Below, one piece after another: positions 11,703 to 20,998 of a DNA stretch of 64,000 nucleotides. This DNA comes from Candidatus Altimarinota bacterium (GTDB lineage: Bacteria > Patescibacteriota > Gracilibacteria > CAIRYL01 > GCA-016699755). The first letter of the stretch is position 1. Every line of letters begins with the position of its first letter. Made by a program: the position numbers and the translations under genes. The stretch is from positions 1,056,001 to 1,120,000 of the forward strand of contig OY760935.1 of assembly GCA_963664295.1 (NCBI GenBank). The letters run 5' to 3'. The notes under the pieces are model-generated. The model was given only the letters and a program-made list of their open reading frames with translations, ran no database searches and was not told the DNA's origin.

Positions 11703-11757
11703 TTTATAGTAAAATTTATATTTTAATTATACTTTTTAATATATAAAGTACAAATAA

Positions 11758-12145
11758 AGAGCGGGATGCTTATTTTTTCGGAGCTTTGCTCCTCAAAAAC
11801 AAGGCCTTCTGCGCTCGCTCGGAATTTTGCACAAGCGCAAATTCTCTCGCTCGCTTGAGTGTCGAACCCGAGGCTTCTTATCAAGCCACTTCTTTGCCAT
11901 TATTAAAAATTTTGCCCCCATCAGGGCAAACTTTTTAATGGCGGAGAGAGCGGGATGCTTATTTTTTCGGAGCTTTGCTCCTCAAAAACAAGGCCTTCTG
12001 CGCTCGCTCGGAATTTTGCACAAGCGCAAATTCTCTCGCTCGCTTGAGTGTCGAACCCGAGGCTTCGTATCAAGCCACTTCTTTGCCATTATTAAAAATT
12101 TTGCCCCCATCAGGGCAAACTTTTTAATGGCGGAGAGAGCGGGAT
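11758..12145 (-). repeat. 189-bp tandem repeat (2 units) containing tRNA-Ser 3' end with 94-nt T-loop insert
   Basis: 11758-11946 vs 11947-12135 differ at one position (11878 T / 12067 G); each unit has GGGTTCGA-[94 nt]-ATCCCGCTCT(CTCCGCCA) on the minus strand. Confidence 0.95.
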
Positions 12146-12220
12146 TCGAACCCGCGGATCCGGTATAACCGAATCAACACATTAGCAGTGTGCCGCTTTC
12201 GACCACTCAGCCATCTCTCC
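12128..12220 (-). tRNA. tRNA-Ser(GCT)
   Basis: GGAGAGATGGCTGAGTGGTCGAAAGC...CACAC-T-GCT-AATGTG, long variable arm, GGTTCGAATCC, encoded CCA. Confidence 0.97.
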
Positions 12221-12248
12221 GTAATATTATGTTGTTAATGTTTCATCT

Positions 12249-12383
12249 GCACACTGCTTGTTGCGTGTGCCCCTATCTAGATACACTCAGCCATCTCTCC
12301 GTACTTTGTAAAAATATTAATGTTCTGTTCGGCACACTGCTTGTTGCGTGTGCCCCTATCTAGATACACTCAGCCATCTCTCC
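12249..12383 (-). repeat. Two 52-bp direct repeats carrying the tRNA-Ser 5' end
   Basis: 12249-12300 = 12332-12383; each starts (minus strand) GGAGAGATGGCTGAGTG, the first 17 nt of tRNA-Ser. Confidence 0.95.
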
Positions 12384-12493
12384 ACATTTTTAACGAGCAG
12401 AGATATTTTGCCGAAATTTTTATTCACAATCAAGCCTGATTTGCTATATTCGCTGATCCATGAGAAAATCAAGGCAGAAATTTTGCAAAAAAC

Positions 12494-13768
12494 ATGGAAC
12501 AAATACAAAAGGTTCACGCTAGAGAGGTGTTGGACTCCCGTGGTAATCCCACGGTTGAGGTTGAGGTGAGCCTGCTTTCTGGTATAAAAGCTTCAGCAAT
12601 AGTGCCGAGCGGTGCTTCAACTGGTTCGCATGAGGCTGTGGAGCTTCGTGATGGTGATGAAAAACGCTATCTTGGCAAAGGTGTCTTACATGCTATTAAC
12701 AATGTAAATACTACTATTTCTGACGCTATTGAAGGCTTGGATCCAACTAGACAAGAAGATATAGATAATAAACTCATTGAGCTTGATGGCACTAAAAACA
12801 AAAGAAAGCTTGGTGCTAACGCTATTCTTGGGGCTTCTCTTGCTGTTGCTAAATCTGCGGCTATAAGTAGAAGAACTAATTTATTTCAACATTTCGCCAA
12901 TCTTGGCAGAAAAGGTTTTGCCACTCTTTTGCCTACTCCGCTGATGAATATTATCAATGGTGGTGTGCATGCGGATAGTGGTTTGGATATTCAAGAGTTT
13001 ATGCTTGTGCCTACTGGTGCAGAGAGTTTTTCTGAAGCTTTGCAAATTGGTGCAGAAACTTTTCATACTTTGAAGCAGATTTTAAAAGAAAAAAAGCAAG
13101 TGACGGCTGTTGGTGACGAGGGAGGTTTTGCTCCTCATCTTAAGAAAAATGAAGAGGCAATTGAGATTATTCTTGAGGCTGCCAAAAAAGCAGGTCATCT
13201 TAAAAAAGTTCAGATTGCGCTTGATGTTGCGGCTAGTGAATTTTATGATGCTGAGTCTGGTAAGTATAATTTTGCTGGCAAAAAGAAAAAACCAGAAGAT
13301 ATGGTTAAGTTTTATAAAGATTTAGCGAAAAAATACCCTATTATTTCAATTGAAGATCCTTTTGCAGAAGATGATTTTGAATCTACTGCTTTATTGACTA
13401 AAGAAATTGGCAAAAAAGTACAGATTGTTGGTGATGATCTTTTTGTCACCAATATTCAAAGATTAGAAGAGGGCATTAACAAGGAGGCGGGTAATTCTAT
13501 TTTAATTAAGTTAAATCAAATTGGTACAGTGACGGAAACTATGAAAGCTGTGGAAATGGCTCATAAGGCTGGTTGGACTGCAGTTGTTTCCCATAGGAGT
13601 GGCGAAACTGAAGATACAACAATAGCGGATTTGGCAGTTGGTCTTAGCACTGGTCAAATTAAAACTGGTTCTCTTTGTCGCTCTGAGCGTATTGCAAAAT
13701 ACAATCAATTACTACGAATTGAAGAATTTTTAGCTGGTAAGGCAACTTATCAGGGAAAAATTAAATAA
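12494..13768 (+). CDS. eno: Enolase
   Basis: [50 protein letters not shown]. Confidence 0.98.
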   Translation: MEQIQKVHAREVLDSRGNPTVEVEVSLLSGIKASAIVPSGASTGSHEAVELRDGDEKRYLGKGVLHAINNVNTTISDAIEGLDPTRQEDIDNKLIELDGTKNKRKLGANAILGASLAVAKSAAISRRTNLFQHFANLGRKGFATLLPTPLMNIINGGVHADSGLDIQEFMLVPTGAESFSEALQIGAETFHTLKQILKEKKQVTAVGDEGGFAPHLKKNEEAIEIILEAAKKAGHLKKVQIALDVAASEFYDAESGKYNFAGKKKKPEDMVKFYKDLAKKYPIISIEDPFAEDDFESTALLTKEIGKKVQIVGDDLFVTNIQRLEEGINKEAGNSILIKLNQIGTVTETMKAVEMAHKAGWTAVVSHRSGETEDTTIADLAVGLSTGQIKTGSLCRSERIAKYNQLLRIEEFLAGKATYQGKIK

Positions 13769-13987
13769 AAAAAGACCCACTTATTTAAGTGGGCCGAGAG
13801 TCAACGCTCACATATCGCTGGGAGGGGGGTAGTTTTTCCACGATATGCATTTGCGCCATCAGAAGCCCTACATGGGCTTCATCTGAGGTGTTTTGTTGCA
13901 AAAGGGGGCAACAAAAACCCAGACTCTCGGCCCAACAGGCTTAGTTATTTTCGCTTTAAAAGATCACACTCTATTAAAAGAGTGTGA
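13767..13987 (-). ncRNA. Candidate structured non-coding RNA of unknown family
   Basis: 13-bp closing helix (13790-13802 with 13922-13934) enclosing three hairpins; GC-rich island; minus-strand intrinsic terminator (GCCCACTT-AAAT-AAGTGGGT-CTTTTTTT); TTGACA at 14017-14012. Confidence 0.6.
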
Positions 13988-14023
13988 CATTTAATCATAG
14001 AAACATTTTTTTGTCAAGGGTTT

Positions 14024-15262
14024 TTATCTGCTAACGAATTTTTTTACCATTTTTTTAATTTTATTTTCAAAAATATCCTTTTTTGTTTGTCGAAAACATA
14101 GGCCTAAAACAAGCGCCAAAATTACCATTCCTGCATGAATAGTAATTAAAAAATGATCAAATAAGCCAAAAATAAAAATAGTTATTAATAAGCTTTTTGT
14201 TTCATTATTTTTATAGGCTAAATAAAAAATAACTAAGAAAATTAGTCCAGCAAGGGAACCGTTTTCATTGCCAATAAGTAAGAAAATATTATGTACTGGT
14301 TGATAAAGCCAAGTTTCCATTGCTGGCATATTTAAAATAAAGTTTTTTATTCCTACGCCCCAAGGAAATAAGTACATCATGCCAACAGATATTTTTGCTA
14401 GCTTTAAGCGTTCTGTGAGCGAATTATTTAAATGTAGCCTGCTGATCACTAGCTCTCTTGCTTCTGGAATAATTAAAATAATTCCAATTAACAAAATAAT
14501 TCCAATTAACACTTTTCTGGTGTTTTTTCTTTCAATTAGAATACCGCTTAAAAAAGCCACAAAGCCTATTCTGGAAAAAGTGAGCGCAAGTGGCACTAAC
14601 AGTAGCCATTTAAGATGTCTAAGGCTATTTTTAATATTTTTTGCTAAAAAAAAGGTAATTACCAAAAAGCAGGCAAAAATATTAGGGTGCAAAAAAGTGC
14701 CAGTTGCTCTTAGATATAATTCATTATTTACTATTAACTTTGGGCTACCTGCATTTTTTAAGTCCATTGGCTGTTCCCCGATTAAGCCAAGACCAATATC
14801 ATGCCCGCCAATAAACTGAAAAACACCAATAATTCCTTGAAAAAGAGCAATAAGTAAAAATATTTTTGCTATTTTTTCTTTTGAATAATTAGAAATTGCA
14901 ATAAAAATTCCAATAAAAATAATTTCAATCAATTTTAATGTACCAAAATAAGCAATTATTTGGCTTTTTGCAAAAAATACTCCAATTAAACTACTTAATA
15001 AAAATAATATTAATAAAAAACTTACAGAATTTTTTATTTTTAAACTTTTTTTGCTAAAAGCAAAGAAAATAAAAGCAGGAATTATAAAAAATTCACTAAT
15101 TTCAAAAAAAATAGTGAGATATTCCGAGAAAAGACCAGTAATAAAAGAATTATTTTCATATAAAACCTTTCTTATTGGAAAAGTAAAGCTTATTAAGAAT
15201 AAGCTAAAAAAGAAATAAGATATTTTTTCTGCTAAAAATTTATTTTCTTTTTTCACGATCAA
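14024..15262 (-). CDS. O-antigen ligase (Wzy_C) family membrane protein
   Basis: Polytopic; RATGTFLHPN, LTFSR, PVHNIFL motifs. Confidence 0.85.
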   Translation of the reverse strand: MIVKKENKFLAEKISYFFFSLFLISFTFPIRKVLYENNSFITGLFSEYLTIFFEISEFFIIPAFIFFAFSKKSLKIKNSVSFLLILFLLSSLIGVFFAKSQIIAYFGTLKLIEIIFIGIFIAISNYSKEKIAKIFLLIALFQGIIGVFQFIGGHDIGLGLIGEQPMDLKNAGSPKLIVNNELYLRATGTFLHPNIFACFLVITFFLAKNIKNSLRHLKWLLLVPLALTFSRIGFVAFLSGILIERKNTRKVLIGIILLIGIILIIPEARELVISRLHLNNSLTERLKLAKISVGMMYLFPWGVGIKNFILNMPAMETWLYQPVHNIFLLIGNENGSLAGLIFLVIFYLAYKNNETKSLLITIFIFGLFDHFLITIHAGMVILALVLGLCFRQTKKDIFENKIKKMVKKFVSR

Positions 15263-15298
15263 TATTTTCTGTTTTTTTTAAGAATAATTCAATCTTAT

Positions 15299-16750
15299 TT
15301 ATTCAATTTCTTCGCAAACTGTGTCTATGAGTGGGTCTGATTTTTTCTTAATTACACAATCCATTCTTTTTTGTGCTAGTTGCAATGCAGATTCTGATGT
15401 TGATTTTGATTTTGCAACTGAATCGATTGCCTCTGAAAAAATTGTATTAAATGTTTTTTCATCAATTGGTTGTAGGCTTTTTGCATATGAAGCTTGTCTG
15501 GCAAACACTCCAAAAAGACTTTCTACAGACTGATCATCAACCATGTCCATTCTGGAGGTTGGTTTATGTGTTTGTTCATGGTAGTCCTGTAGGCTTTCTG
15601 GTGATGCCAAAAAGCTGATAAATTCCCAGGCTATGTCAGCATGTTCTGAGTTTCTGGAGACAGTAAGGGGGTAATAGCTAGCAAAGGCATCACGCTTGCC
15701 AGAGCGTTCAGGGTCAACGAGCTGAGGAACAACCGCAATACCCACATCTTCTAGTGCAATATGGCTTTCTCCGCTTTTTTGCGCAGCTTGAATTTGTAAA
15801 TCAATTTCATCATAAAGCCAAGAATAGCCAAAAATCATAGCTGTTTTTCCTTTTACAAAAACACCAACTTCTTTTTCGTCTTTAAAAAAACTGGTTATGA
15901 GATTGTTCCAGGAATAATTTTTATAACTTGATAAAGCAAAACTTGTATAGAGTTTTAATGCTTCAACTCCTCTGTAATATGGCTTACCAGTGCCCTCTAT
16001 TGTTCCTTGTTGTTCTGCAAATTTTGCTCTTTTGCCATCTTCACTATATAGCTCTGTGTCATGTTGTATTAAAAGCAGAGAAAGAATATCTATTGATCTG
16101 CTAATATTATCTGCTCTGCCCATAGCAATACCAGAAACAGCAAATCGCTCAATAGAATTATCGCTTTTAGTAAGTGCGTAAACTTGTTCTTTTAAGTCTT
16201 CCCAATTATCAGCCGGTTTATCTGTTGAAGGAATGTTGTCTCTGAACAATTGTTTATTGTAATAAATTGCAAGAGTGTCTATATAAAGCGGTATTCCATA
16301 TATTTGTTCGAGACCGTCTTCATCTTCTAAAATTAAATCATCAGAAGCTACAGAGAAAAATAAATCCCTAAATTCTTCTGGCACAATTAAGTTTGCTGGC
16401 ACAGGACTAATTTTTTTTTGATGTTCTTTTACTTTTGTATTTTTAATTGAAAAAATATCCGGACCTTCGCCTTCTGCAAGCTCATTGATCAATAATTTTT
16501 CAAATTCATCTGCATTTGTAAACTTTTTACAAGTAATTTTATAGCCAGGATTTTGACTTTGAAATTCTTGTATTTGTCCCTTAAAAGTATCGCAGGGGTC
16601 AAATAAGTTCCACCAAACAATTTCTATTGTTTCTCCGCTTATCGGTTGTGCCCCACCTTCTTCCTCTTCTCCTTTTTTGCGACAAGCAGAAAGAGGTGTG
16701 ACTAAGGCAACTGTTAAAATAATACTTATAAATAATTTGATTTTTTTCAT
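15299..16750 (-). CDS. Sugar ABC transporter substrate-binding lipoprotein
   Basis: Lipobox LSAC, GPDIF, YGIPLYIDTLAIYYNK, AWEFISFL; start taken at ATGA overlap 16750. Confidence 0.88.
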   Translation of the reverse strand: MKKIKLFISIILTVALVTPLSACRKKGEEEEGGAQPISGETIEIVWWNLFDPCDTFKGQIQEFQSQNPGYKITCKKFTNADEFEKLLINELAEGEGPDIFSIKNTKVKEHQKKISPVPANLIVPEEFRDLFFSVASDDLILEDEDGLEQIYGIPLYIDTLAIYYNKQLFRDNIPSTDKPADNWEDLKEQVYALTKSDNSIERFAVSGIAMGRADNISRSIDILSLLLIQHDTELYSEDGKRAKFAEQQGTIEGTGKPYYRGVEALKLYTSFALSSYKNYSWNNLITSFFKDEKEVGVFVKGKTAMIFGYSWLYDEIDLQIQAAQKSGESHIALEDVGIAVVPQLVDPERSGKRDAFASYYPLTVSRNSEHADIAWEFISFLASPESLQDYHEQTHKPTSRMDMVDDQSVESLFGVFARQASYAKSLQPIDEKTFNTIFSEAIDSVAKSKSTSESALQLAQKRMDCVIKKKSDPLIDTVCEEIE

Positions 16751-18054
16751 TTTATTTTGCGCCATAATTTTTTAAAAAAGGCTTTTGCTCCTCTTTTTTT
16801 AAAATAAATTTTTGCCAATTTAAAATAATTTGGCTTCATTTTTATTAGTTTTCTTTTGTCAGGAGCAAGTTGTGGATTTTTTATCCATTCTAGAACAGGT
16901 TTCATGCATATTTTGTCAGAATATTTTTCTTTAAGCAACTTTTGTCCGTTTTTAACTAGTTTTTCTTGCAGTTTTTTGTCCTTACTTAATTTGTAAATTA
17001 TTTCTGCTAAGTTTTTATGGTCTCCGTTGTTAACTCCCAAACCTGCCTCATGCTCAACAATTTCTTTTGCTATTTCACTGCCCAATGTTGTAATTATTGT
17101 TTTGGAAAATTTTAAGCTTTCTGTGAGTCTGTTGCGTGCTCCCATTGTTGTTTCTGTGCAGTCAAAGTCTGTGTTGATAATGGAATTTGACTGAGCGTAA
17201 ACTAAGGGAATTTTTTCAGTTTTTATCCAGCCTAAAAGATGAAAATGGTTTTTGAATTTTGATTTTTTTATTCTTTTGTGAAAGCGAGGATAAGAATCCT
17301 CATCAACTCCTTTTATTGCCCCTCCTGTTGTTATGAAATGAATTTTGGGATTTTTTTTCATAGCTTTTTCAAGCCCTTTAAACAATGTTTCTTCATCAAA
17401 CCAAGCATTAAAACCACCTATCTGCCCAACAACAAAAGCATTTTTTGGTAAATCAATAATTTCTTTTTTTGTTTTATTAATATCAGTTTTGAATTTTTTA
17501 GTGCTATTTCTAATTACTGATATTGTCTGATCGCAAAAATTTTGCCTGGAAAGCCTGCCAAGCATGGCGAGTTCTCCAATAATTGCGTGTTTTTGTGGGG
17601 TGGAAACAACAGAAATTTTATCTGCTTTTTCAAGAATTGCCTTTTCTAGTTTATAAGCATAGGGAATAAACGCATTTGAACCGAGTGATTTGCTTTGTGC
17701 TTGTATTTCTGCCATTAACCAGCCATTAAGATCAGCCCAAAATGGTGTTTTTTTGTCAACAATTTGAGACGCAATGTAAGAAGGGTAGTTATTAACACCG
17801 ATTAAAATATCTGGTTGAAAATTTTTAAATATTTTTTTAATTTTTTTTGCATCTTCTTTGGTTTTTTTAAAATGAGTAAAAACAGAAAACCGACGACAGG
17901 TTTTGCTTTTTGACTCATCTTCTATTGTGACAAGACAAATTTTATTACCTTTTTTTAATATTGAAATAAATTGTTCTGTTCTTAGTCCAGCGGCAGATCT
18001 GATACCTTTTTTTTCGTTTGGTAATGGGCCTGCTCCAATAATCATTATTTTCAT
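16747..18054 (-). CDS. GT4-like glycosyltransferase
   Basis: GT-B C-terminal pattern (LLGWI...YAQS...TES...IITT), translationally coupled to next gene. Confidence 0.75.
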   Translation of the reverse strand: MKIMIIGAGPLPNEKKGIRSAAGLRTEQFISILKKGNKICLVTIEDESKSKTCRRFSVFTHFKKTKEDAKKIKKIFKNFQPDILIGVNNYPSYIASQIVDKKTPFWADLNGWLMAEIQAQSKSLGSNAFIPYAYKLEKAILEKADKISVVSTPQKHAIIGELAMLGRLSRQNFCDQTISVIRNSTKKFKTDINKTKKEIIDLPKNAFVVGQIGGFNAWFDEETLFKGLEKAMKKNPKIHFITTGGAIKGVDEDSYPRFHKRIKKSKFKNHFHLLGWIKTEKIPLVYAQSNSIINTDFDCTETTMGARNRLTESLKFSKTIITTLGSEIAKEIVEHEAGLGVNNGDHKNLAEIIYKLSKDKKLQEKLVKNGQKLLKEKYSDKICMKPVLEWIKNPQLAPDKRKLIKMKPNYFKLAKIYFKKRGAKAFFKKLWRKIK

Positions 18055-18149
18055 AATTTTATTTTAACAATTTTTTATCTCGTCTGTTAATCTTAACTTT
18101 GATTATTTTATTTTTTTTTGCCAAAATAGGCAGGCATTTTTAAAACCTA

Positions 18150-19535
18150 ATGTCATTGTATATTTACAACACATCTTCAAAAGACAAAGAAGAGTTTAAG
18201 CCTATTGATAATAATGAAGTAAAAATTTATTCTTGTGGGCCTACTGTCTATAATGTGCCACATATTGGCAATTTGCGTGCCTTTGTCTTTGCAGATAGCC
18301 TTTATCGCTGGTTGAAATATGGCGAAAAATATGAAACTAAATGGGTAATGAATATTACTGATGTTGACGATAAAACCATTCGTGATTCTCAAAAAGAATA
18401 TCCAGAATTATCCGCAGAAGAAGCTTTAAAAAAATTTACTCGCAAATACGAAGACGCTTTTTTTGCAGATTTAGAAAAAATTAACATAAAAAAAGACTCT
18501 TTTATAGAAAATCCTAGGGCAACAGAATATATAAAAGCCATGCAAGACCTTACAAAAGATATTTATGAACAAGGTTTTGCAAAAATTGTTGATGGGTCTG
18601 TGTTTTTTGATGTTAAAAAATACACAGAAAGTAATAAATATGGTGTTTTGCTTAATCTTAATTTAGATAATTTAAAATCTGGCACACGCACACTTGCAGA
18701 CGAAATTGAAAAAGAAAATGTACAGGATTTCGCACTTTGGAAAGGAAAAAAAGAGGGTGAGCCATGTTGGGATTTTGAATTAGACGGACAAAGTTTGCCA
18801 GGAAGACCTGGTTGGCATATTGAATGTTCTGCTATGAGCTCTGTCTTGCTTGGTTTGCCTTTTGATATTCATACTGGTGGAATTGATCTTGTTTTTCCTC
18901 ACCATGAGAATGAAATTGCACAAGCACAAGCAGGTTGGAATAAAAAAACTGCTAATTTTTGGGTACATAATGAGCACCTGATGGTTGAAGGTAAAAAAAT
19001 GTCTAAATCATTGGGTAATTTTTATGTTTTACAAGATTTAATAGATAAAGGAGTTGACCCCGAAGTAATTCGTTTCTTTTTTATTAGCAATCACTACCGA
19101 GCAAAAATAAATTTATCTGAAGATTCTTTGCAAAATGCTGAAAACACTCTTCAAAAAATTAGAAATCAACTAGCCATTAAAGAAGGCGGTTCAATGTCTA
19201 CTGAAGAAAAAAAGCAGGAATTTTATCAAGCTATGCAAGATGACTTAAATACTCCTGTTGCTTTTTCTGTTCTTTTTGAGCTTTTGAAAGGTGATTATAA
19301 AAAAGATGAAGTTGAAGACTTTTTTAAATTTGCTGAAAAAGTTTTTGGTGTGAGATTTTTGCCAAAAAACGAACAAATTCCAGAAAAAATTCAAAAAATA
19401 GCCCAAGATCGCTGGCAAGCGAAAAAAGATAAAAATTTTGAACTTGCTGATGATTTAAGAAAAAAAGCCCTTGAAGAAGGTTATGAAATCAGGGATACTG
19501 CTGACTCTTATGAAATACTGCCCTTAAAGCAATGA
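18150..19535 (+). CDS. cysS: Cysteine--tRNA ligase
   Basis: CGPTVY, HIGN, GRPGWHIEC, KMSKS. Confidence 0.97.
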   Translation: MSLYIYNTSSKDKEEFKPIDNNEVKIYSCGPTVYNVPHIGNLRAFVFADSLYRWLKYGEKYETKWVMNITDVDDKTIRDSQKEYPELSAEEALKKFTRKYEDAFFADLEKINIKKDSFIENPRATEYIKAMQDLTKDIYEQGFAKIVDGSVFFDVKKYTESNKYGVLLNLNLDNLKSGTRTLADEIEKENVQDFALWKGKKEGEPCWDFELDGQSLPGRPGWHIECSAMSSVLLGLPFDIHTGGIDLVFPHHENEIAQAQAGWNKKTANFWVHNEHLMVEGKKMSKSLGNFYVLQDLIDKGVDPEVIRFFFISNHYRAKINLSEDSLQNAENTLQKIRNQLAIKEGGSMSTEEKKQEFYQAMQDDLNTPVAFSVLFELLKGDYKKDEVEDFFKFAEKVFGVRFLPKNEQIPEKIQKIAQDRWQAKKDKNFELADDLRKKALEEGYEIRDTADSYEILPLKQ

Positions 19536-20455
19536 GATATAAATTATTGAAACTTTTGCCGAAAATTATTATTACCATTATTTTTTTTGGTGCGATTATT
19601 TTTTCGTTACTTTTTTCCAAGGGTATTAGATTTGACTCCGACAGTGGTCAATTTATTCAAACAGGAATATTAGAAGTTTCCTCTGCGCCAAAAGGTGCGA
19701 TTATTTTTTTAGACAATAAATACATAGATACAACGCCTACTTTTATAAGGAGTGTGCCTTTGCAAAATATCACCGTAAGATTGGAAAAAAGCGGTTATTA
19801 TCATTGGCAAAAAGTAGTTAAAATTAGTGAGGATACAGTAATTCGCCTTAAAGACATACCACTTGCACCAAAAGATAATAAAAAAATAAAAAAATTAGCA
19901 TCAAAAGAAAAAGTCTTAGTTGATCCACTAAAAAAAGGCCTTGTTATTGTTTATGATGATCTTAATGTTATCAATATTATTAATTTTTCTGACCCAGAAG
20001 ATGAAATAGTATTTTTTAATGAAGATATTGGTAATATTTCTTTCACAGACTATGGAGAATTGATTATTAATGGCAAAAGAACAGGAAATACGAATATTTT
20101 TAGTAAAATAAAAAACGAACCAAGGCCAGTAGAGCAGGAAAAAAGCAGAATTTCCTATAAAGGTGAATATCTTCTTTTTATTAGAGATAAATCTTTATGG
20201 AAATACAACACAACAACAGAAGAAAGTGTTTTAATTAAAGAGTTTTCTGAGCTTATAGATGGTGCGTTTTGGTTTCAAGATAGTTTCTCTATTGTTGTTG
20301 CCCTAAAAAACAAAATATTGCTCATAGATCATGATGGAGAAAATGAAAGGATTTTGTTTCAAAAAGAACCAGGAGAAAATATTTACTTTAGCTTAGACAT
20401 GAAAGAGCTTTTTTGGTTAAATAATGATTATTGGTATAAATATAGTTTTGAGTAA
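19532..20455 (+). CDS. PEGA-domain membrane protein
   Basis: TM helix then GILEVSSAPKGAIIFLD...TTP...LEKSGYYHW. Confidence 0.8.
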   Translation: MRYKLLKLLPKIIITIIFFGAIIFSLLFSKGIRFDSDSGQFIQTGILEVSSAPKGAIIFLDNKYIDTTPTFIRSVPLQNITVRLEKSGYYHWQKVVKISEDTVIRLKDIPLAPKDNKKIKKLASKEKVLVDPLKKGLVIVYDDLNVINIINFSDPEDEIVFFNEDIGNISFTDYGELIINGKRTGNTNIFSKIKNEPRPVEQEKSRISYKGEYLLFIRDKSLWKYNTTTEESVLIKEFSELIDGAFWFQDSFSIVVALKNKILLIDHDGENERILFQKEPGENIYFSLDMKELFWLNNDYWYKYSFE

Positions 20456-20668
20456 TAGAAATATTCTTATAAAATAAAAAATTTATTTGACAAGAAAAAA
20501 AGTTTATCTTTAAAACAAAAAATAAATTAACGCAAGACGAAATAGTGAAACAAATTTGTGTCATATGCGTTTAAAATTGCGACTACTTAGCCAAAAAAAT
20601 CGCTTAATAAGCCAAAATATAAAAAAGTAAAAAAAGACAAATCAATCAGAAACAGCCAATTAAGGCGT

Positions 20669-20696
20669 TTGACAGTGTATATATATCAATTAGAAT
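20669..20696 (+). promoter_or_regulatory. Putative sigma70 promoter for S-layer gene (about 300-nt leader)
   Basis: TTGACA-16-TAGAAT. Confidence 0.6.
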
Positions 20697-20998
20697 AGCG
20701 ATAAATAGGCAAAAACTATAAATTATTGAGAATTAACGCTTTCAAGAAATAATCTTGAAATGCGGTCAGATAAAAATATGCCCTTTAAAAATCAGGCAAA
20801 AAAGAAACAAAGAATATAATAATTGAGAGGTTAGATAATTATATCCTTATATATATAATTATTTTTTGCGAGGACATAGAAGTAAATAACTCCTTTTCGG
20901 TCTACCGACATTATATTAGTAATGATCGGTTGTTCCTATATACACAGAGCTTTTCGCTCTAAAACAAAATTTTTATTAAAATTTTATCTTTTTAACTT

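Noticed and set aside
11827-12168. 113-aa ORF with internal duplication
   Set aside because: Antisense read-through of the 189-bp repeat (a multiple of 3) and tRNA-Ser; ends in the typical MAERAGFEP tRNA-shadow peptide
11758-12383. Possible CRISPR array
   Set aside because: Only two units per repeat type, repeats derive from the tRNA, and no cas genes are present
13767-13987. Assignment as SRP, 6S, tmRNA or RNase P RNA
   Set aside because: No SRP helix-8 motif, no rod with central bubble, no tRNA-like ends or tag ORF, no GAGGAAAGUCC; left unassigned
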